A DNA stretch of 64,000 nt from Bacteroidales bacterium (GTDB lineage: Bacteria; Bacteroidota; Bacteroidia; Bacteroidales; UBA12077): assembly GCA_027859205.1 (NCBI GenBank), contig JAQIBH010000071.1, positions 5,807 through 69,806 of the forward strand. Reading direction: 5' to 3'. This document shows, one piece after another, positions 58,676 to 64,000 of the stretch (position 1 is its first letter; each line of letters begins with the position of its first letter). Position numbers and translations under genes: made by a program. The notes below the pieces were generated by a model. The model did no database searches. It was not told where the DNA came from and worked only from the letters and a program-made list of their open reading frames with translations.

Positions 58676-59239
58676 TTGAAATACCTTATTGTCGGTTTAG
58701 GAAATACAGGAAGTGAGTATATAAATACTCGACATAATATTGGATTTAAAATATTGGATGCGTTAGCTAATGCATCCAATATTTCTTTTCAGGACCGTAG
58801 GTATGCTTATCGTGCCGAATATAAGTTTAAGGGTAGGACTTTTATTTTAATAAAACCAACCACATTCATGAACTTGAGCGGTAAAGCGGTTAACTATTGG
58901 CTTCAAAAAGAAAAACTTCAAGCGGATAAATTATTGGTATTAGTTGACGATGTTGCTCTGCCTTTCGGTGTCTTAAGGCTACGTTCTAAAGGTGCAGATG
59001 CAGGTCATAATGGATTAAAAGATATTAACCTTACTTTAGGTCACCAGAATTATTCTCGTTTACGATTTGGAATTGGAAATGATTATCCAAAAGGCGCCCA
59101 AGCACATTATGTTTTAAGTCCTTGGGATGATAATGAAAAAGAAAGCTTAACTGCAAAAATTGATTTGTCAATTGAAATAATCAGAAGTTTTGGTGTGAGT
59201 GGTGTTGCTAATACCATGAATGAATATAATAATAGATAA
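58676..59239 (+). CDS. pth: Peptidyl-tRNA hydrolase
   Basis: 187 aa, TTG start. LIVGLGNTGSEYINTRHNIGF, DDVALPFG, GHNGLKDI. Confidence 0.92.
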   Translation: MKYLIVGLGNTGSEYINTRHNIGFKILDALANASNISFQDRRYAYRAEYKFKGRTFILIKPTTFMNLSGKAVNYWLQKEKLQADKLLVLVDDVALPFGVLRLRSKGADAGHNGLKDINLTLGHQNYSRLRFGIGNDYPKGAQAHYVLSPWDDNEKESLTAKIDLSIEIIRSFGVSGVANTMNEYNNR

Positions 59240-59448
59240 TTTTTTTATTCTGTATAGAATAAGTAATTATACCTTAAGTTATTCAAAACAAAATACCAAA
59301 TCTTAAAAATAAATAAATCTCAAATTCTAAATTTCAAACTATTATACGTTTTGTATTTGATAGTTGATTTATTGAGATTTATTTGGTATGTGATAATTGT
59401 TAATTGGAGTTTTTTGCTTAAAATCTCGTGATTTGAACTTTAAGATGT

Positions 59449-59456
59449 TAATTTTG
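59449..59456 (+). promoter_or_regulatory. Putative -7 promoter box (TAatTTTG)
   Basis: Exact TAnnTTTG match 23 nt upstream of ATG 59480. Confidence 0.45.
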
Positions 59457-59479
59457 ACATAAGTATTATTAAAACTAAA

Positions 59480-59866
59480 ATGAATCACGAAGAAAATTTA
59501 CGTATCGATAAGTGGTTGTGGGCTGTTCGTATTTTTAAAACACGAAGCCAGGCTGCTGAAGCTTGTAAAAAGGGAAGAGTGTTAATTGATGATGTTCAAG
59601 TAAAACCATCGCGAGTAATTAAAGTTGGGGAAATTGTATTTTTAAAAAACCCTCCCGTAATTTATTCGTTTTTAGTAAAAGGATTGTTAGGTAAGAGGCA
59701 ATCGGCAAAAATTATTGTCGATTATGTTGAGGATATTACACCTGAAGAAGAAAAACTCAAATTAGAAATGAAAAGATTCTCGGGTGTTGAAGTGCGTGAT
59801 AGAGGAATTGGTAGACCTACAAAAAGAGAACGCAGATTAATTGATGATTTAAAAAGAAAAGATTAA
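59480..59866 (+). CDS. hslR: S4-domain RNA-binding heat shock protein 15-like
   Basis: 128 aa. RIDKWLWAVRIFKTRSQAAEACKKGRV S4 motif and a basic C-terminus. Confidence 0.8.
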   Translation: MNHEENLRIDKWLWAVRIFKTRSQAAEACKKGRVLIDDVQVKPSRVIKVGEIVFLKNPPVIYSFLVKGLLGKRQSAKIIVDYVEDITPEEEKLKLEMKRFSGVEVRDRGIGRPTKRERRLIDDLKRKD

Positions 59867-59870
59867 TACT

Positions 59871-60413
59871 ATGATAATCGCAAAACAAAAAAAACAAGAG
59901 AATATTGCTGAATATATATTGTATATGTGGCAGATAGAAGACTTGATTAGAGCTTATAAATTAGATATTAATGAGATCAATAAAAATATAGTTGAAAAGT
60001 TTAATCAATCTGAGCCTATAAAAAAGGAAATTGCAAATTGGTACGCAGGCTTAATTGACTTGATGAGGGAAGAAAATAAAATCGAATCGGGACATTTGCA
60101 ATTTGTACAAAACACAGTAAATGATTTAAACAATACTCACCTTCAATTATTAAAATCACCGGAGCAATTAGATTATATTGAAGTTTATAATAAGGCAAAG
60201 CCTGGAATAGTTGAGCTGATGAATAAATCAAAAGGTACTGTCGAAAATGAAATTGAGGCTTGTTTCAATGGATTATACGGATTGCTAATGCTACGTTTAC
60301 AGCAAAAAACAATTAACGCAGAAACTGCAAGTGCGATGACGGCAGTTAGTCAGTTAATAGCGTTAATAAGTAAAAAGCATAAATTAATTGAACTGGGAAA
60401 AATAGAATTGTAA
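59871..60413 (+). CDS. Hypothetical helical protein (DUF4924-like)
   Basis: 180 aa. NIAEYILYMWQIEDLIRA resembles the DUF4924 N-terminus as I recall it. Starts 4 nt after hslR. Confidence 0.35.
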   Translation: MIIAKQKKQENIAEYILYMWQIEDLIRAYKLDINEINKNIVEKFNQSEPIKKEIANWYAGLIDLMREENKIESGHLQFVQNTVNDLNNTHLQLLKSPEQLDYIEVYNKAKPGIVELMNKSKGTVENEIEACFNGLYGLLMLRLQQKTINAETASAMTAVSQLIALISKKHKLIELGKIEL

Positions 60414-60441
60414 AATTTATATATTAATTAAAACCGTTAAA

Positions 60442-60786
60442 ATGAGCAATATTAATGATTTGGTATATCCAGAAATGATTAAGAATCTTCCCGATGCTAA
60501 TATTCCATTTAATGGAGTACATGGTAAATTATTTCAGGGAAATGACCATCAAATAATATTTTTTGAAATTGAACCTATTGGAGAAGTAGCGGAACATTCT
60601 CATGGAGCTCAATGGGGAGTTGTTTTTGAAGGCGAAATGGATTTGACCATTGATGGTGTCACTAAAACTTACAAAAATGGCGATCGATATTTTATTCCTT
60701 CAGGGATTAAACATTCTGCTAATTTTAAAAAGAGAACACAATTGATGGACTTTTTCGAAGATAAGAATAGGTACTTTGCAAAATAA
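60442..60786 (+). CDS. Cupin-domain protein
   Basis: 114 aa. G.VAEHSH...G and GDRYFIPSGIKHSA two-motif cupin pattern. Confidence 0.7.
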   Translation: MSNINDLVYPEMIKNLPDANIPFNGVHGKLFQGNDHQIIFFEIEPIGEVAEHSHGAQWGVVFEGEMDLTIDGVTKTYKNGDRYFIPSGIKHSANFKKRTQLMDFFEDKNRYFAK

Positions 60787-60793
60787 AACCGAA

Positions 60794-61204
60794 TTATAAA
60801 AACTTATAATCGTAAGATGAATCGGCTATAAAGCAAGTTCTTCTTTTCCCGAACCATTTGAATCGGTTCCTTGAAAATATCATATAAATAGAGTCTCTAA
60901 TTGGGATTGGTACTATAATAAAGAAATAGAGCAGAACCCATAATCCCTTTAGCTTTTTTGCAATTCTAAGTGCTGCCGTTGATTTATAGTAAACAGAATC
61001 ATCTTCAATTAATATTACTGATTTATTATATATTCCAGGGATTTTGTGTGATGATAAAACTTGCATACCAATTTCAGATTGTAGGCTTGAAAATCTGAAA
61101 TAATCATTTTTATCCCTTTTTAAAATAAACATGACAGATCCAGAACATAAATTACAAAAGCCATCAAATAGTACAATTCCTTTATTTTTTTGATTTTGAT
61201 TCAT
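60794..61204 (-). CDS. DCC-family thiol-disulfide oxidoreductase (DUF393)
   Basis: Start at ATG 61204 (MNQNQKNKGIVLFDGFCNLCSGSV), which carries the DxxCxxC signature. Confidence 0.7.
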   Translation of the reverse strand: MNQNQKNKGIVLFDGFCNLCSGSVMFILKRDKNDYFRFSSLQSEIGMQVLSSHKIPGIYNKSVILIEDDSVYYKSTAALRIAKKLKGLWVLLYFFIIVPIPIRDSIYMIFSRNRFKWFGKRRTCFIADSSYDYKFL

Positions 61205-62222
61205 TTGTTTGTTCAGGTATATAGACTTCCAAGAGCTTACTTTGAACAACAGGGTTTAAAACTAAATGTTCGATGACAGCAGGAATTAAAACGGTTTCTC
61301 CTTTTTCAACAATAATCTTTTCTGCATCATAATATTCTATTTCAAATTTACCGTCTAGGCACATGTATATTACAAATGAGTCAAGTTGATTATAATCTTT
61401 CTCTACGGGATTTTCAAAATCTAATATATTTGTTTCAAAATACTTGTTCGATAATATTTTAGAAAATTGATCTTTAATCGATTTATATTCAGTTTTATAA
61501 TTATCTTCAACCTTGAAATCAATAGCGTCAATAGCCTCATCAGTATGTAATTCTCTTAAATTGCCATTGTCATCTTTTCTGTTCCAATCAAAAATCCGAT
61601 AAGTAATATCTGATGTTTGCTGTATTTCTGCTAAAACTATTCCTGCACCAATTGCATGAACCCGACCTGCTGGAATATAAAATACATCTCCTGCTTTTAC
61701 TTTTTCGTGATTTAGAATTTGTGGTAACTCATTATTTTTTAAATGGTTTAAATAATGATTTCTATCAATTTTATGATTAAAACCGGAAATAAGCTCAGCA
61801 TCTTTTTGTGCATCAACAATGTACCACATTTCGGTTTTGCCATTTAAGCCATTTCTCTGTTTAGCCAGATCATCATCTGGATGAACTTGAATGGAAAGTA
61901 CTTCATTAGCGTCAATAAATTTTATTAGTAATGGGAAGTTTGTTCCAAATTTATCATAAACTTTATCTCCAACTAAATCACCCATATAAACTTCTATCAT
62001 TTCGTCAAGTTCATTTTCTGCTAAGAATCCATTTTCAACTACAGAAATATTGTCATCAATACCCGATATTTCCCAACTTTCTCCTATTTTTTTATTTATA
62101 GGGATTTTTTTATTTAATGATGTTTTAAGATTTTGTCCACCCCAAATTTTTTCTTTTAAAATAGGATTGAACTTTAATGGATATAAATCGCTCATCTCAA
62201 GGGTTTTAAAATTCGTAATCAA
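61182..62222 (-). CDS. manA: Class I mannose-6-phosphate isomerase
   Basis: 346 aa. EKIWGG, LSIQVHPDD, KTEMWYIV, IPAGRVHAIGAG. Confidence 0.85.
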   Translation of the reverse strand: MITNFKTLEMSDLYPLKFNPILKEKIWGGQNLKTSLNKKIPINKKIGESWEISGIDDNISVVENGFLAENELDEMIEVYMGDLVGDKVYDKFGTNFPLLIKFIDANEVLSIQVHPDDDLAKQRNGLNGKTEMWYIVDAQKDAELISGFNHKIDRNHYLNHLKNNELPQILNHEKVKAGDVFYIPAGRVHAIGAGIVLAEIQQTSDITYRIFDWNRKDDNGNLRELHTDEAIDAIDFKVEDNYKTEYKSIKDQFSKILSNKYFETNILDFENPVEKDYNQLDSFVIYMCLDGKFEIEYYDAEKIIVEKGETVLIPAVIEHLVLNPVVQSKLLEVYIPEQTNESKSKK

Positions 62223-62508
62223 TAACTGCTTTTTCTTTATTAATGTAACCGCAAATCTCTATAGCATTTAGATGTTCAGGATGGTTTATGTAAGCATCCA
62301 AATCCTCCCATGAATCAAATTCAGATATTATAACAAGATCGTATGAAAAATATGTTTGTTTCATATTAATCTTTATATCATAAGATTTAACAACCTTAAT
62401 TAGTGATTTTATGGGGCTAAAAGTCGATTTCATCTTTTCGGCTTTGCTTAATCTCTCTGAATCATTTTTAACATCAAAAAATTTAAACATAATAATATGT
62501 CTGATCAT
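62206..62508 (-). CDS. Dabb (stress-responsive alpha/beta barrel) family protein
   Basis: 100 aa. IRHIIMFKF start and YINHPEH motif. Overlaps the manA start by 17 nt. Confidence 0.72.
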   Translation of the reverse strand: MIRHIIMFKFFDVKNDSERLSKAEKMKSTFSPIKSLIKVVKSYDIKINMKQTYFSYDLVIISEFDSWEDLDAYINHPEHLNAIEICGYINKEKAVIDYEF

Positions 62509-62523
62509 GAATTAATTTTTTTG

Positions 62524-62531
62524 CAAATTTA
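62524..62531 (-). promoter_or_regulatory. Putative -7 promoter box (TAAATTTG on minus strand)
   Basis: The plus strand reads CAAATTTA, 15 nt upstream of ATG 62508. Confidence 0.45.
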
Positions 62532-62581
62532 TATTATCTTCATACCGAATTAAAGCTTAAAGTTATTAAATTTTTATTGAT

Positions 62582-63202
62582 ATGTCGTTTATAATTGGAA
62601 TAGCAGGAGGAACCGGCTCAGGGAAAACTACGGTAGTAAAAAAAATAATTGAGCAATTGCCTAAAGATGAGGTAGCAATTATAACTCAGGATTCGTATTA
62701 TAAGGACAGTAGTCATTTGCCTTTAGAAGACCGTCAGGAAATAAACTTTGATCATCCCGGGTCGTTAGAGTTCAAGTTATTGGCCGAACATATCAAATTG
62801 CTTAAAGCAGGCAAAGATATTAAACAACCAATTTATTCTTACGTAACATGTACAAGATCGGAAGAAACGATATTGGTAAAACCTAAAAAGGTTGTAATTA
62901 TTGAAGGAATATTAATTCTTCAGAATGCTCAGCTTCGTGGTTTAATGGATGTTAAAGTTTTTGTAGATGCCGATAGTGATGATCGCTTAATGCGCGTAAT
63001 TCAGAGAGATTTGGTTGAACGTGGTCGTTCTGTAAATAAAGTTCTGAAAAGATATGAGAAAACTGTTAAGCCAATGCATTTGCAATTTATTGAACCTACT
63101 AAACGATATGCTGATGTAATAATACCGCAAGGAGGAAATAATAAAGTCGGTATAGATATTTTAACTTCAATAATTGAAAAGAAACTTAAATCAGGAAAAT
63201 AG
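62582..63202 (+). CDS. udk: Uridine kinase
   Basis: 206 aa. P-loop GIAGGTGSGKTT, NFDHPGS, IIEGIL, RDLVERGRS. Confidence 0.92.
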   Translation: MSFIIGIAGGTGSGKTTVVKKIIEQLPKDEVAIITQDSYYKDSSHLPLEDRQEINFDHPGSLEFKLLAEHIKLLKAGKDIKQPIYSYVTCTRSEETILVKPKKVVIIEGILILQNAQLRGLMDVKVFVDADSDDRLMRVIQRDLVERGRSVNKVLKRYEKTVKPMHLQFIEPTKRYADVIIPQGGNNKVGIDILTSIIEKKLKSGK

Positions 63203-63205
63203 TTT

Positions 63206-63943
63206 ATGCTCGATAAAATCAACACAGATAATATTTTATTTCTTGATATAGAGACGGTTCCACAATTTCCAGATTTTGAAGAAGTTCCTCATGATTTCAA
63301 AGAGTTTTGGGATAAAAAATCAAGCTATTTTAGAAATGAAGATCAAACTGCTTCGGATGTTTATCAAAGGGCGGGAATATATTCTGAATTTGGAAAAATA
63401 ATTTGTATTTCTGTTGGTATAGCTAAAACCAAAAATCTTCAAAGAACATGCAGGTTAAAATCATTTTTTGGAGATGATGAATCCTTGCTTTTAAAAGAAT
63501 TCTCAGAAATGTTAAATAAATTCTGCGCTTCAAATTCTGATGTGCAATTATGCGCTCACAATGGTAAAGAGTTTGATTTTCCATATATCGCTCGCAGAAT
63601 GTTGATTAATGGAATAAAACTTCCTAAAATATTAGATGTAGCAGGTAAAAAACCTTGGGAAGTTATGTTTCTTGATACACTGGAGCTATGGAAGTTTGGC
63701 GATTATAAAAAATATACTTCTTTGAATTTATTGACACATATTTTTAATATTCCAACACCAAAGGATGATATTGATGGAAGCATGGTTGCCGATGTTTACT
63801 GGAAGGATAAAGATTTGCATCGTATTATAACATATTGCGAAAAGGACGTTTTAGCTGTTATTCAATTATTATTAAAATACAAAGGTGAAGAATTAGTTAA
63901 ACCAGAAAATGTTGAGTCGGCAACAATAAATAAACTACTGTAA
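63206..63943 (+). CDS. DEDDy-type 3'-5' exonuclease (RNase H-like fold, PolB-exonuclease-like)
   Basis: 245 aa. ExoI LFLDIETVP, ExoII CAHNGKEFDFPYI, ExoIII YCEKDVLA. Confidence 0.6.
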   Translation: MLDKINTDNILFLDIETVPQFPDFEEVPHDFKEFWDKKSSYFRNEDQTASDVYQRAGIYSEFGKIICISVGIAKTKNLQRTCRLKSFFGDDESLLLKEFSEMLNKFCASNSDVQLCAHNGKEFDFPYIARRMLINGIKLPKILDVAGKKPWEVMFLDTLELWKFGDYKKYTSLNLLTHIFNIPTPKDDIDGSMVADVYWKDKDLHRIITYCEKDVLAVIQLLLKYKGEELVKPENVESATINKLL

Positions 63944-64000
63944 TATAAAATCTTCAATTTTTGCTAAAAATAATTCAGGTTGCTCAGCATGCAACCAATG
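63935..64000 (-). CDS. 3' end of a truncated alpha/beta-hydrolase-like gene (partial, continues beyond the window)
   Basis: My own minus-strand translation gives HWLHAEQPELFLAKIEDFILQ-stop, a typical alpha/beta hydrolase C-terminus. Only 21 codons are visible. Confidence 0.4.
   Translation of the reverse strand, partial: HWLHAEQPELFLAKIEDFILQ

Noticed and set aside
58352-58779. Two minus-strand ORFs (100 aa and 87 aa) across the rplY 3' end and pth 5' end
   Set aside because: Their peptides (SSSSSPSSPSSPS, LLHLLHLLHPLRLLRLRL) are the antisense reading of the GAAGGYGAA repeat. They overlap two strongly supported genes.
1-64000. tRNA, rRNA, tmRNA or other structured RNA genes
   Set aside because: All gaps longer than about 130 nt (1-408, 12371-12607, 28616-28845, 33652-33840, 37889-38067, 42063-42214, 55439-55575, 59240-59479) are very AT-rich. 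They lack GC-rich acceptor or T-arm-like segments such as GGTTCGAATCC. I scanned by eye only, so small RNAs cannot be excluded.

Overview
This is a strongly AT-rich chromosomal segment that looks Bacteroidota-like. The evidence is many exact TAnnTTTG -7 promoter boxes in front of genes, a CarboxypepD_reg-type TonB-dependent receptor paired with a DUF4249-like lipoprotein, PorE-like TPR/PD40 proteins, and a standalone HsdR_N protein. The window is densely coding with about 58 intact CDS, mostly housekeeping: alaS, recR, holA, lnt, prs-rplY(ctc)-pth, engB, udk, manA, msrB, gmhB, pgeF, two DEAD-box helicases, and an E2 acyltransferase. I found no rRNA, tRNA, CRISPR array, prophage or recognisable defence island. 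The only clear mobile element is one intact IS4/IS5-superfamily insertion sequence (28846-30350) with perfect 21-bp terminal inverted repeats. I cannot point to a definite novel system. The best candidates are: (1) a tandem triad of paralogous exported TPR + PD40 beta-propeller proteins (18076-23876), whose middle member carries a duplicated 73-aa module and a C-terminal membrane anchor; (2) a B12-domain-type radical SAM enzyme with CX4CX2C cysteine spacing lying between two DEAD-box RNA helicase genes (409-5019); (3) a GT2 glycosyltransferase fused to what looks like a gutted sugar-phosphotransferase domain. All functional calls rest on motifs read by eye from the translations. No database search was run.
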